Source: Candidatus Aenigmatarchaeota archaeon (lineage in GTDB: Archaea; EX4484-52). Taken from it: a stretch of DNA of 56,025 nucleotides. The notes under the pieces were generated by a model. It did not search any database, had not been told where the DNA came from, and was given only the letters and a program-made list of their open reading frames with translations. This document shows positions 49,701-52,523 of the stretch, one piece after another. The stretch is from assembly GCA_023137195.1 (NCBI GenBank), contig JAGLPV010000006.1:1-56025 (forward strand), in the 5' to 3' direction. Within the stretch, counting starts at the first letter, position 1. Each line of letters begins with the position of its first letter. The position numbers were made by a program, and so were the translations under genes.

Positions 49701-52503
49701 CACAATAACACTCACCTACGTAAGGCAGAGCGGACAGAACGAGGACAATTTCAGGCTATTCAAATGCAATCAATGGGATTTCAGCGACTACGAATGCAGA
49801 ACAGATTGGACAGAAATAACTGACGCAACTCTTGATACAATTAATAACCGTGTAACAGCATCTATAAGCAGTTTTTCAGCATACATCGTAGGAGAAATAA
49901 AGGAAAAAGAAGAACTGCCTGATTCTTCATCCTCTTCATCCACCTCATCAACATCAAGTAGTAGTGGCGGTGGAGGAGGCACAACAATATTAGGCGACAG
50001 TCTGGCAAAAAATATCGAAATAATTTCAGAAAAACTAAAACATTACATAGAAGGCTCAACAGAATTCAAGATAGACACAAAATCCATCAACAAGCAGATG
50101 TATCCCGGTGAAAACCTAACGGTTACCTTAGTAGTAGAAAACACACTAAATAAAACAAACACAATATACGCAAAGCCAATAGGAGAAATAGACAGTTTCA
50201 TAAACATTTCCGCGGGAAAAATCACATTAAATCCTTACGAAAAAGGCTCCCTGACAATCCCCATCACAATTCCAAAAGACGTGTTCCCCGGAACCTACGA
50301 AGGCAAGATTCTTCTTGACAACGGCAATTCAACAACACAGGTTCCAATCTCGATAAGAATCCTCGATTTAAGGAACCTCCCCGTTTCAATAGACATTCAG
50401 CCGCTTATGGACAAGGTATACCCGGGAAGAGATCTAAGATATTCATTTAAATTATTCAACAGCGGGAAAACCCAGATACCGCTGAATTACACAATATCTT
50501 TCGTAAACCCCCAGACAGGAGAAATAATAACCTCATTTAGCGGAAACACCACATTGGTTTCTTCATACGAGAAGGAGTTAAAAATACACATCCCAAAAAA
50601 CATAAGCCTCGACAAGGGTAGCATAGAAGGATTAACCAACGTACTAAGCAAAAGATATATGCTTAAGGCAGATATCATCTATTTCGAAAAAGGACACAAG
50701 ATAGAAGCATCCGAGGTAGCATTCGTCTCTGTTGAAAAAATAAGTTACATCCCTGATTACATGATTGCAGGACTGAAACTAAAACACTGGATATTATTGA
50801 TTGCACTTCTTTTAATCCTTGTATCCTCGAGGCATAGTATCTACGAATACATTATGAGCAAAAGAAGATACAAGATGGACGTAAACCTGAGATACCTCCC
50901 AAAGCCGACAAAGCATTCCGGCTTTATCGGTCATGTTGCAGAGACAAAGATAAGGACTTTTGTTGATTTAAACACCCTCCAGACCCACACAATTATTGCC
51001 GGTTCAACCGGCGGAGGCAAGACAGTTTCAGCTCAGGCAATAATAGAAGAAGCCCTCCAAAAGAACAAATCAGTAATAGTATTTGACCCCACAGCGCAAT
51101 GGAGTGGTTTCCTGAGAAAATGCAAGGACAAAAAGATGCTGAAATTATACCCTGGATTCAACATGCCTCTGACAGATGTAAAATCATTCAAGGGAAATGT
51201 CCATATGGTCAACAGCCCATGGGAAATAATAGACATGAAAAAGTACATTGAAAGAAAAGGAGAGATTCACGTATTTACAATAAACAAACTAAAGCCAAGC
51301 GAGATAGACATTTTTGTGTCCAACACAATAAGGCAGGTATTTGAAGCAAACCTAAACGAATCCCAGGAATTAAAATCATTGATTGTCTATGATGAAGTCC
51401 ACCGTCTTCTTTCCAAGTTCGGAGGTTCCGGCGAAGGATTCATCCAGGTAGAAAGAGGCGCAAGAGAATTCCGTAAATGGGGCGTAGGTCTTGTCCTAAT
51501 ATCCCAGGTATTATCAGACTTTGTAGGCGCAATAAAATCAAACATCGGTACAGAAATCCAGATGAGGACAAAGGACGAGGGAGACATGGACAGGATAAGA
51601 CTCAAATACGGAGAAAATACAATGAAATCCCTCCTGAAAGCATCCATAGGTTCAGGAATGTACGTGAATGCAGAATACAACAAGGGAGCCCCTTACTTTG
51701 TCACATTCAGACCACTTTACCACAACATAGAACGCCTTTCTGACGAGGAACTCCAGAAATACTACAAATACAACAACATCCTGGACGACATAGAATATCA
51801 GTCGGAGCAATTAAAGGAAGAAAACGTAGACGTCTTTGACATAGAAATTGAACTAAAGATTGCAAGAAGCAAACTCATGAGCGGCGCATTCAACATGGTG
51901 GACATATACATAGAATCCATAAGGCCAATGCTGAACAACAACTGGAAGAAACTAGGCAAGACCCCAAAGAAGAGGCAGACAAAACTTGTTTCAAAAGATG
52001 CTCTGGTCCAGTCAATAGAAACGGCAAAGCAAAAAAGAGAAGAATACCTGAAAAACAAAGTGGATGAAGTAAAAGCGCAAAATAAAAAACCTCAAAATAA
52101 AAAAGAAGAGATATATCAGATAAAGCAGGAAGTTGCATCAAAAACACAGCTCGTGATGCCAAAAAAAGAAGAGGAAAACAAAAAAGCAAAAGCAGGAGAA
52201 CAACCCGTCAGGGCAGAAACAGAAGATAACAAATCCGCCCCGGGACGCAATGAAGAATCCTCTGAAGAACCAATCGTTGACGAAAAACAGGAAACAGAAA
52301 TAGACAAGATGATAGAGGATTACAACCAAATACTGAACAAAATAAAAGAAAAAGAGGAAAAAGGAGAAAATATGTACCTCATCAAATTAAATACTCTCAA
52401 TCTTTTGAACGAGATAGAATTTTTAAAGAAGTCAGATGTGAAAGAAGAAAAGCAAAAGATGAACGACAAACTCAAGAAATTAAAGAAATTATTAAATACT
52501 TGA
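19771..52503 (+). CDS. Giant (10,910 aa) cell-surface protein: 11 DUF2341 domains, Ig-like stalk, variable payload domains, TM helix and cytoplasmic HerA/VirB4-like (DUF87-type) ATPase
   Basis: Uninterrupted 32.7-kb ORF with an N-terminal signal-like helix. DUF2341 motif (WW...K..I.INN...DFSDLRF...L.YWIE...VWVKIP...IYMYY) starts at 21640, 23017, 24814, 26323, 27823, 29320, 30841, 34297, 35875, 37399 and 40816. TM at ~50788-50829, Walker A GSTGGGKT at 51001-51024, Walker B LIVYDE at 51379-51396, REFRKWGVGLVLISQ at 51463-51507. Confidence 0.93.
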   Translation: MRKKSQTNLKFTTFLLTFTVIFASLFFLSSTGNFWTWGQEKTDIITINSPTPNSVLDSKTIPINLTLLNTTSGYVYISIFQNQAIINSTAIELEGETGKNYESSISVFDDGTYNVDLTVCNSTDNCTSHTIENISIMTSGNSSFEQENTTIQLPQIYDIIPNSYSIFLGDMLSILAKLSYSNQTSVQNSKITYEENQTILGTNYTDQTGWSVLYINTTGKGVGNHTINVTSIYGTYNTTIVEFFSPNNSDETQDNATNEIEENITIQLPQIYEIIPNSYSIFLGDMLSILARLGYSNNTSVQNSTLTFWQNQEIIGQNNTNQNGWSTLHINTTNKEFGNHTINITSVYGTYNTTTIEFKEQENTTNTTGETVENTTKQKDNQTTLNIFNSTTIEDNWTVKFNTTGIADLWISVVDGTTWSDADETEDLKFIQIRCGSQTLDYIWRNNSVLVQNYSCTQAGYVISKIFTAGKHNLKFTFGNNTAYANCTSIDKLTDLQKEYDPQTKTITITKKPKKKLLSLKLGGKEKIAEFQLINNTDHCFIDCEAVIKFTAYQNIPIPKDKDNKFKFKGNLKSFSSEIDGADFFDKNYKAGEYYITLKGKKNPFDNVDWIPRIFGIDFDEWAWWNSTFDKKQEIQINNTDKEVANYSLLINVSYDSDMLSNFADLRFADASENEELSYWIENKSDGSYADVWVKIPYTLTNTTNTTIYMYYDNASAVESKSNITNAFLFADDFNDNSYDTGKWDEVYFLGSACGSITEANGRLNISATRSGTNCYLYSISKTNLSGIDTITTGDIVDSSILGSDYHGGGLHYEINNTDNIFIGTYKLYNTDGFYMRSYHSPDSYQPSDVSHSSVSWNATIIHTNTWITKYDNTVHMNAYTETNPLSGEFPAIYTSSPTTDGNSWIEYDNIISRVYLSTTPTYSFVTEEDQPPHIDFVNSTTAPGTYKQTYIEANITASDDNIDTITLYLYNSTSLVQTDTSSTSPLFVNYTSLPLETYYINATVNDTAANTNQTGTRTISLKDISLSINLNSTTVNPEETIEISGYATLQPDGTNVTNNTIYIWQDNSLINIINKPDYVSIWWNTTFQKKKAIQINNTDIEVANYSLLLNITYDSDMNSDFSDIRFTNVSENEKLNYWIESKVDSSYANIWVNIPYTLTNTTNTTIYIYYGNTSAVSSESNGSATFDAFGSGGDITSYDKYLIHTFTESSTFTPTVNMNTEYLVIAGGGGGGTANNGNSGGGGAGGYRSSVSGDSSGGGAAAESPLVLTADTGYTVTIGAGGAEYTNGGNSVFGSITSIGGGKGGYYNAVAAGSGGSGGGGGQSHDLGASGTANQGYAGGRSSATGGIGAGAGGGAGAVGGASYGTDGREGGHGGIGVASTITGTSIYRAGGGGGSTHGQGTAGIPSGGNGGGGNGKYASSVNATNGTINTGGGGGGGGENNPSGIGGSGIVIVRYVSRTNISTEPTTSFSSEQSLTRTDSNGQYNYTFTASQYAGAYTVKVNLTDSNSIYGENETTLNIKINLTSPTATSTTSGTVYTNPTETINLTVTIPTSNINCPTLNLSNVWANITKPTGSELVQLSGSVQGNTWDGTFTNTDETGTYNITYYANLTDGFSHVTTTTTSFYVKNISVTLNLDNTIVNPSQNVEVSGKATLQPDNTNITNNTISIWQDNTLKLGGSWWNTTFQKKKAIQINNTDNNIANYSLLLNITYDSDMNPDFSDIRFTNSSDNEELSYWIESKSDSSYADVWVKIPYNLTNTTNTTIYMYYDNTSTVSSQSNGNNAFEYFEDGEDASDWSFTLGSGTVESSTDQAFEGSKSIKISAVGGADTATTYFDSVTRDALTHAFGYRVMISSTSMTTRQYLLNPNSEDEVSVFTDWVATDPNGWSHKNNSGSVVAFSPVIDVVANEWMKLNYENITSTECDFYIDDYFRHDTCSNGAQDQFHSFGVTLDETQTVYIDALIIRKYIIPPTSSFGTEQNLTQTDSNAQYNYTFTASQYAGNYTVKVNLTDSNSIYGENETTLNVKINLSSPTATSTTSGTVYANPTETINLTVNIPTSNINYPTLNLSNVWANITKPTGSELVQLSGSVQGNTWDGTFTNTDETGTYNITYYANLTDGFSYVTTTTTSFYVKNVSVSINLNNPISNPSESVEVSGYATLQPDDTNITNNTIHIWQDDSYAISWWNTTFEKKKEIQINNTDNEVANYSLLLNITYDSDMNSDFSDIRFTNSSEDEELSYWIESKVDSSYADVWVKIPYTLINTTNTTIYMYYGNTSIVSSESDYFNAFLLSDNFDDNSIDTSLWTSESGTPTESSGILTVDGTDGTRDALCSVVNISRPFIIEVDGKSTANDNWNLYLAWTPDSATSNTHMTLRYHGGVNYWADDDGAGNYHAWAVSDDDNKWVNMTMIGRENMTSYFKKVSSTATQIKDYNNVGSHTEHLVCLMQWGEGAGTGLGYFDNIIVRRYLETTPTSSFGTEQLYTQTDSNGQYNYTFTASQYAGNYTVKVNLTDSNSIYGENETILNVKINLTSPTATSTTSGTVYANPSETINLTVNIPTSNINSPTLNLSNVWANITKPTGSELVQLSGSEEGNQWDGTFTNTQDSGTYNITYYANLTDGFTHITTTTTSFYVKNISVTLNLDNTIVNPSQNVEVSGKATLQPDNTNITNNTIYIYQDDVSVITWWNSTFERKKEIQINNTDIEVANYSLLLNITYDSDMNSDFSDLRFTNSSEDRLLNYWIESKVDSSYADVWVKIPYNLTNTTNTTIYMYYNNNTVIENVISYTNAFYYSDDFEDNDYTSNPVWSVEDGTWVIDTKTLKGGSAGSSYGHIYSDMPSSINLVDVEFKFKFSDLAAAGESISFYLQTDSNVGYVLYIQQSGGYDLYIGDFSSNIIDVSWSPDTNWHTARITRRKDSNLTIYLDDTVKGSVVDMTMNSFNRIRIRRGNYANFYMYADNISINHFIIAPTYSFGSELLKTDSNGQYNYTFTSSSTLGQHTIKINLTNPNSIKGENETTIDVRNLTYSQFNLSDSDSQLNNILNPAESYNATVKIREYNGSDYFDVTSGTFTTTIAGTTYSLNHIGSSVWHTNETLTALSSLGQQSFLANITGTSGNGITDSIQDTNYTYNVKNISVSINLNSTIVSPEDTIEVSGYATLQPDATNVTNNNILIWQDNIKIAGASTWWNATFQKKKKIKINNTDNEIANYSLLLNISYDSDMNPDFSDLRFANGSDNEELSYWIESKSDSSYADVWVKIPYTLSNTTNTTIYMYYKNSTVVTSRSNITTAGIFGDDFEDHVTDWENENSWTTSNNGGYIDLKSTDCYAGTKCGLIEVAPSNDPHVGFEPLQLSSGRLQFMMRESFAGSVGRISFQTFDGATKYIYSFFGTSSAKDLKYYVSSSIDTGTDYTPDVWKKVIYEWDSSTFDWYYDGIKIVDDGLYQDSGSYTNGIDEIRFVGMAVNDQAEIDNVFYTASLSTTPTSSFGAEQSLIQTDSNGQYNYTYTASQYAGNHTVKVNLTDSNSIYGENETTLNVKINLTDQTATSTSTGNSNANPSDTINLTVNIPTSNINYPTLNISNVWANITKPTGSEIVQLSGSVQGNTWDGTFANTNEKGTYNITYYANLSDGFSHVTTTTTSFYVKNISVTLNLDNTIINQSQNVEVSGYATLQPDNTNITNNSISIWQDNSLLNAWWNTTFQKKKEIQINNTDNEVANYSLLLNITYDSDMNPDFSDLRFTNSSENEELNYWIESKSDSSYANVWVKIPYELTNTTIYMYYKNNTAVESESNIKTAFILGDFETGTSTIDTDIWTQGTNPVTATANGDWTTLTTGATDPSFIKSNIWFDRAGYMIHLDWENNNINPYVAVGIMDGAMDGATNTIYQMLGAPNYIKLRTEKDNVQTDPAQNILSNHNIVHNMVLYFNSTEATWADNSSDGNFAGSSTTNIPTIDLEFWIAGYIGGSHPFSIEVRNLYITKWLQTTPTSSFGTEQSLTQTDSNGQYNYTYTASQYAGEYTVKVNLTDSNSIYGENETTLNVKINLTSPTATSTSTGNSNANPSDTINLTVNIPTSNINYPTLNISNVWANITKPTGSELVQLSGSVQGNTWDGTFTNTAESGTYNVTYYANLTDGFSHVTTTTTQFYVKDISVTINLNDTIVNPSQTVEVSGYATLQPDGTNITDNIIKIYLDNKNIFINLTANGIYSHFNLIQSTDSHFNSGTTNNTVISGSGENGYIGLSSYSAEKDMWDISPADSATFSTGADLSYPGSGDYIYATKGSGQEFYRYSISIDSWSGLANLPASIGEGSDSIAIDDYVYVVRGNGYTDFWKYSITYNNWSVLTSSLASINWGDSITYPGSGDYIYIPRGYDTSTFWKYSISGDNWSTLTSAPDGITYGSELVSDLALGDYIYTIGGYSYDFYRYSISGNNWSATDELADVPGYIGNGGCAVYPGSGDYIYALKGNGGLPFYRYSISGNNWDSMADAPATIEYSSSLVYPGSDNYIYAIRGGNSNDFWRYQFRESIFYSSANFTSSVIYSNQQPDFKNMTWSATTNENTTVKFQLSSSSDNISWTSFVGPNGTSEDYYNISGTTPWSGHKGHRYIRYMAFLDTTNITQTPQLHNITINYTTSMTDSNAKYNYTYTASPTLGTHTLKVNLTDSNSIYGENETTFDVRNLTFTQFNLSDSDTQMNNILNPQESYNATVKIREYNGSDYFDVTLGTFTTIIAGTTYSLNHIGSSVWHTNETLTAPSSLGQHSFLANITGTSGNDITDSIQNSNYTYYVKNISVTLNLDETIVNPSQNIEISGKATLQPDATNIANNTMYIWQDNSLADSSNPGRYMSTLGGTWKYRKAITINNTDNEVANYSLLLNITYDSDMNPDFSDIRFTNSSDNGKLSYWIESKVDSSYADVWVKIPYALTNTTNTTIYMYYSNTSAVSNESSSVDVFGADATYDTFSGWTEVDTSGRILYTNNRIEYTNMNLGDDSHTYMTLPDSGTNYEATFKWLISSYTGQVNNLIGFGDVAGTMCGDTPFNQGSSIIFNIVSGPSKMRLYLIAGNSTTSSVVNSTSTYYGNSDVIDYNTVVYSKLLYDGEHAWMYSYSDEAMTSEIADSRLSVAVTNLADFNYFMSIAAYKDFIAGRYSTGWVDDVKVHKYLSTTPTSSFSSEQSLTQTDSNGQYNYTFTASQYAGTHTIKTNLTDSNSIYGENSTTLNVKINLTTPTATSTTSGTAYANPSETINLTVTIPTSNINYPTLNLSNVWANITKPTGSELVQLSGSVQGNTWDGTFTDTNEIGTYNVTYYANLTDGFSHITTTTTSFYVKNISVTLNLNDTIVNSADRIEVSGYATLQPDATNITNNTISIWQDNTVILGGNWWNSTFERKKAIHVNNTDNEIINYSLLLNITYDPDMNPDFSDLRFTNSAGDTSLSYWIENNISSTYADVWVKIPYTLTNTTNTTIYMYYGNTTAVNTTGNATNTFIFWDDFEDNDISDWNIVLAGGASCTVSGGIVHTEAIHSTERCYMQKIGISNEYDNVIESRAKQTFVSGNSIGVIGYGGKFIYMGREDTDQTEVMYRYYDPGNVEQNILNIDVGVNIQTQYNIWSISFNHGTTNYARFAINYNFSTDYAVYASGTTDIWLGQSGYNTGHDTYFDWVRKRKFLNTTPITSFGAERFIAQTDSNAQYNYTFTSSSTLGTHTLKVNLTDPNNIAGENETTFDVRNLTFTQFNLSDSDTQMNNILNPAEAYNATVKIREYNGSDYFNVTSGTFTTIIAGTTYSLNHIGSSVWHTNESFTAPSSSGQHSFITNITGTSGNGITDSIQNANYTYYVKNISVTLDLDDTIVNPSQNVEVSGKATLQPDATNITSNIISIWQDNTYITGASNWWNTTFQRKKEIQINNTDLEIANYSLLLNITYDSDMNPDFSDLRFVNGSHNSELNYWIESKSDSSYADVWVKIPYELINTTNTTIYLYYKNNTAVSSNSNIKTAFVFGDDFEDTDFSEWTVDAAQTWSRSTTQAQDGTYSLKIVQNPNTATISYKDITADQYVISGWIYQFANGGFVTPYQYHFQIREGGGSSTQSLAYETYIGDTEEPQATYRYGGAYHKDGVTRTAKWRKINTVTNSSGTFLYVDDTYRGSDTWTTVDRIQFYFYHKNGISGDTGYIDTVYVRKYLSTTPTSSFGAEQSLTTTDSNGQYNYTFSTSPTPGTHTLKVNLTNSNNIAGENQTTFSVRNLKIDNWQILDAHTETDAVLYSLENFNITMLIREYNGSDYFNITSGTFNIRIEETSDYKSLTHQSGAEWKAEFTAPNSSGTYTIELNGTTPNGINGNNQTTFEIPENFNITLLNSTGSPIQNNKITVYQTGTSTVGCEADTDANGKIKCNLENTTNYDIDIDNYDGNILNISAPLNITLQPLNITVLNHNSIPKQDVVVDIYSAGNLISTATTHSNGKTNFTLNNSALYNITVFGNTEPSIQEVSVPSSKTINLNLTLTATMADTIIMPGITNTVSGTIILLPDNTATAFNPVNIYLNETLLTVGSFLNKTYSTNDDLSNGTSVNVTNSSDTLTLDPRGEYYFEAENYISSSGITVRNNGYQPWDGDPSGNQYAEGTHPAWANYNITNIPDGNYYIFVKMYAGATDRMVNITWDGNIVDTTAFGSYSGDILWSNALSQTVTKNSTSHTLGFNSTSSNPYIDVILLTTNASFTPDNIDQNYTNTPLKYSGHFTSNKTTTTTHPIISITPSWQSNEPSGSNITIDISADNGTNWCEDVTQSQEYRTGASCGSIGTGTEIVWRATLNTNNSFADLKLHNITLNYETGNATKTNTSGQYTFTFSSGSTPGWYTVKINTTDSNSISGNITTTYLVDTFSITTDTLPNTADADTLSQTITTSINSNTGRTSGKRHNITATITNPDSTQDTIQNSSISCSDNYPMTCSATWTPGTTQPFGWYNITINYEDNESITGQNTTYNDFKVDNITTSFTYIPAIPILSTENITVNGTANFFYDGSPVQNRSVGIYIDDEPVTLDWWNSTFQKKKELQINNTDIKVANYSLLLNITYDSDMNSDFSDLRFTNSSEDEELSYWIESKVDSSYADIWVKIPCSLTNTTNTTIYMYYKNTTEVSTESNIKTAFLIGDDFEDGTLDAWNINLDGATIGVKQYSNNNYVAYIKDSGGSLRSHVTQMTTISSEYVIEVEVNQTGNNAVGVGQVESLGNVPILPLYQTYDGIAYIHDGVDQQEGSACCTFDIFNSWEAVQTGTSWELFVNDVSKATNTGTASAKQGFGFMGSDGGAGDFDNFRVRKYLSSTPTSSFGLEQSSALVQTDSNGNYGKTFPAPTQIGTHIIKINLTDSTGNLQGTNQTQVEVWAPTIVNYTTTTTYNTNTDYNITGYYWRTDTTNPIQGLINTTIYNNTYSISKTCENTECLKTFTIGPTGELIGGNYTVNITANNNSAYYMPNSTQYNIYLEEPKATGTLNADNKIIADMTYGIDYSFNQTITLNNTHKAKMHTPTIAELINYIGCSEIKSIENLTSMNCSDTPVNSACSVKFNVTVTGSACSQPPCPIGCLDWNSSWINNDNTGSSTTNTDYLVYVSGNPDMNLSKYLINITDNIGTTNTTSISVDNIGNEKLGESSNPSNSIFVDYINQTMPSSWIQFYSTAAQWNDANDYWDYLNTEYGYTLQVNITADNYTAGTYTGIINITSYRLGSIQTYKEINVSITISPGLALSQDSINHTEYIGTSNITNISVQSTGNSPVTNITINYILGTLPAEWIDFASIEAGWNDTLNSFNSITEYTSKILSVNITALDYTPGTYTGKINLTTNENLYRTINVSTTITPAINTTINSINITQNISHAQSICPKIQSTGNAPLTNITIVLTNSTIPSGWLTINSTAPEWNQSTSSFTRITEETNRTLNITIKATSYIQGTYTGILNITSYENQNTQINLSITINPNATTYNLQRNNEHGEIIELYHIINSTGNTPLLNANATYIESTLPASWLTLKYESQNGSSVDAGNITENSHKNITVEITIPEYQDPGIYTGYINTTFDNEPTQQIIVSLTVNTNSSWFLEPIVNKTNMFLLSESGVIGNVTIKNTGNIPLNYTIIYDTNAVCDSYTCMGSTAQYNPAYVYVAKNSTHVFGVWQQGTSSTKTNAQIEVNVTNSTGTPQYSLAYMFWNITNAPPVLINLTTLPKNYVELDQSITLYAIISDDENELPTTGMNLSSVYFNVTDPSGYIYHIDNNSISYVDDGDHEGNEQDRKKFNHTFTNTSMSGIHNLTVYIKDKSNNEINISLFQFNVIGTTDISITAAAPPTAQNVTILHGENLTIPVNITNTGQSVAYNITITGTFGSGAESWTVWNKTYTNITETQAIQENITITVASTTVAGNYQFTPKVTWNQPNSSLYENTTSSPLTVNVAENPEIIPQTQVEESMNHGEQKLINIPVNSTGNDDYDLPSFYIVEGTASGWVCFSNYCSNSGTTTYSFWTELMKGSSYNLPVYLEVPQGTVPGNYTSQIEINSTSYASSRYKTVNITITVLDDRNWTVSEPYNHTSFDLNTPGIIKIITVNSTGNIGTNFTINYTNWSNTNYHAYSGIFNESQNNSGTLVNPKSVYIGPNEAKNITIYQNGHYAGLENIGINISISNSSASPNTRTILTRFNLTEASPQITGITFFNNSYVELNNTIGIKIIALDDAALNISTMKLNITYPDNSSILVSPQYTTQNQTAYGKYIKMNYTYLFNSTAIAGTYTAAANLYDEFGYWVQSPGYDFSVIGSTSFTITPNESSYSIDGISQALSNNLTIPINVTNTGQVTAYNAVLTGFSSSNASQWTIHNKSLGNISASSNIQTNITITVKNTTWPGEYQFTPKVTWQQPNGSSQQQTTSTVSIIVESNKTIVFEEYNSNFTIRHGETNSSQIKISAIGNDNVTLIQLFRQYPSNLTVTLNETEFSAITAGQSEYVQLNVSTASGSPNNTYQFDIELYANNSLQKTYDFNVEIPASFSWEKSTNETTLNGVSNQNAMDTSLSVTNTGNNPIDFTFALVGNVTSSGIMELAETSQTIQPLDSYQIQLNHTANYENAYYEGTLQVKNTTYSENIKIKYHSYIAELNIINITPNYNIISPGNINITTQFTFGSNNITENTTYTIKINNTNCTAIQNTTQGGYIAHTCATPSVPDGRYHDIEAIADYTWETGIIRVTQTNTSAVYYKDITAPTITLANTSVSDIEITTNITINFTATDNLAVDTRQITLYYPNSTQYQSKTLTSGSTTVAIPTTIGTYTINYTVNDTTGNTNSTATTFEAYEWKNFSGYLLDLDGVVVPTSFEISDNGTILHSFSTNTSGYYNATVKRKTYDLKMSFLDANVTMEDVDFSGTPSDFIDIDTPLLGDFGFGETFTVIKGFAINTSISNSGSITYTYTSEDVGALSTDYLEIYRCTNWNYGDVSCNGILAEITDTKNKAQKKLNASFSSLTAIVLVHKPPAEQPEMTIPSTNMVVYANHGEQKNATLTIQSTGSVQLSNIMFTCSSGNVCTLFSLAGDTIVGLDAGASYDAPLTMNIPQYTAPGAYTGQLVVSSNQQSVYAQEKTIDVTVNVVENSNFSIDNTQNNISAGANAQGQLSTITITNIANAQKTYSLTQNSTIINPSTSSLILAKNTSDSISLNYTAPNTTGLYTATLNISTNSIYNILNFTINITFMINTITINKTTNISAGDVLLINTSIYPDTTPAYSVLVDNQTCRIINYTQYTITCIAPNITAAMSHNLTVSTTGFNVTAYKTSDISYIDTLPPLVEQNITSAFINSTTNINVTLTDQNNITGINVSISYPNGTLLNTTQLQIINNTGANFNFTGDRKGDYIFLYNACDNLTNCGNTSYYFEVYENINFTTNITTDVAIYANFYRPEKEFTSGSLLKSITIDSDGEYNTSTQIHDRAYDLEVYTSSSNNIKMENVNMTRYNNNFIEQMTTVSGSQMGAIPYSNYSSVTPISGIAVKTNITTSSTITLTYVRQSGQNEDNFRLFKCNQWDFSDYECRTDWTEITDATLDTINNRVTASISSFSAYIVGEIKEKEELPDSSSSSSTSSTSSSSGGGGGTTILGDSLAKNIEIISEKLKHYIEGSTEFKIDTKSINKQMYPGENLTVTLVVENTLNKTNTIYAKPIGEIDSFINISAGKITLNPYEKGSLTIPITIPKDVFPGTYEGKILLDNGNSTTQVPISIRILDLRNLPVSIDIQPLMDKVYPGRDLRYSFKLFNSGKTQIPLNYTISFVNPQTGEIITSFSGNTTLVSSYEKELKIHIPKNISLDKGSIEGLTNVLSKRYMLKADIIYFEKGHKIEASEVAFVSVEKISYIPDYMIAGLKLKHWILLIALLLILVSSRHSIYEYIMSKRRYKMDVNLRYLPKPTKHSGFIGHVAETKIRTFVDLNTLQTHTIIAGSTGGGKTVSAQAIIEEALQKNKSVIVFDPTAQWSGFLRKCKDKKMLKLYPGFNMPLTDVKSFKGNVHMVNSPWEIIDMKKYIERKGEIHVFTINKLKPSEIDIFVSNTIRQVFEANLNESQELKSLIVYDEVHRLLSKFGGSGEGFIQVERGAREFRKWGVGLVLISQVLSDFVGAIKSNIGTEIQMRTKDEGDMDRIRLKYGENTMKSLLKASIGSGMYVNAEYNKGAPYFVTFRPLYHNIERLSDEELQKYYKYNNILDDIEYQSEQLKEENVDVFDIEIELKIARSKLMSGAFNMVDIYIESIRPMLNNNWKKLGKTPKKRQTKLVSKDALVQSIETAKQKREEYLKNKVDEVKAQNKKPQNKKEEIYQIKQEVASKTQLVMPKKEEENKKAKAGEQPVRAETEDNKSAPGRNEESSEEPIVDEKQETEIDKMIEDYNQILNKIKEKEEKGENMYLIKLNTLNLLNEIEFLKKSDVKEEKQKMNDKLKKLKKLLNT
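20209..20850 (+). repeat. Tandem duplicated ~100-aa Ig-like domain near the giant protein N-terminus
   Basis: EN.TIQLPQIY.IIPNSYSIFLGDMLSILA.L.YSN.TSVQNS...GNHTIN.TS.YGTYNTT occurs twice, ~345 nt apart. Confidence 0.85.
22840..38430 (+). repeat. ~1.5-kb-period intragenic array of 10 units (split Ig host, inserted cassette, linker Ig of type A or B)
   Basis: Recurring SG(Y/K)ATLQPD.TN.TNN and TDSN(G/A)QYNYT(F/Y)T. Linker A (NVWANITKPTGSE.VQLSGS) occurs 6 times, linker B (KIREYNGSDYF) 3 times, plus one diverged B copy at ~38.5 kb. Confidence 0.92.
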
Positions 52504-52523
52504 AAAACTATATTTAATAAACT

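Noticed and set aside
50900-51750. Canonical HerA of the herA-nurA-mre11-rad50 repair operon
   Set aside because: It is fused behind a TM helix, appears to lack the HAS barrel and most of the helical insert, and has no nurA or mre11 nearby.
19904-52329. Dozens of short ORFs inside the giant gene
   Set aside because: Antisense or off-frame shadows that recur with the repeat period and show no independent motifs.
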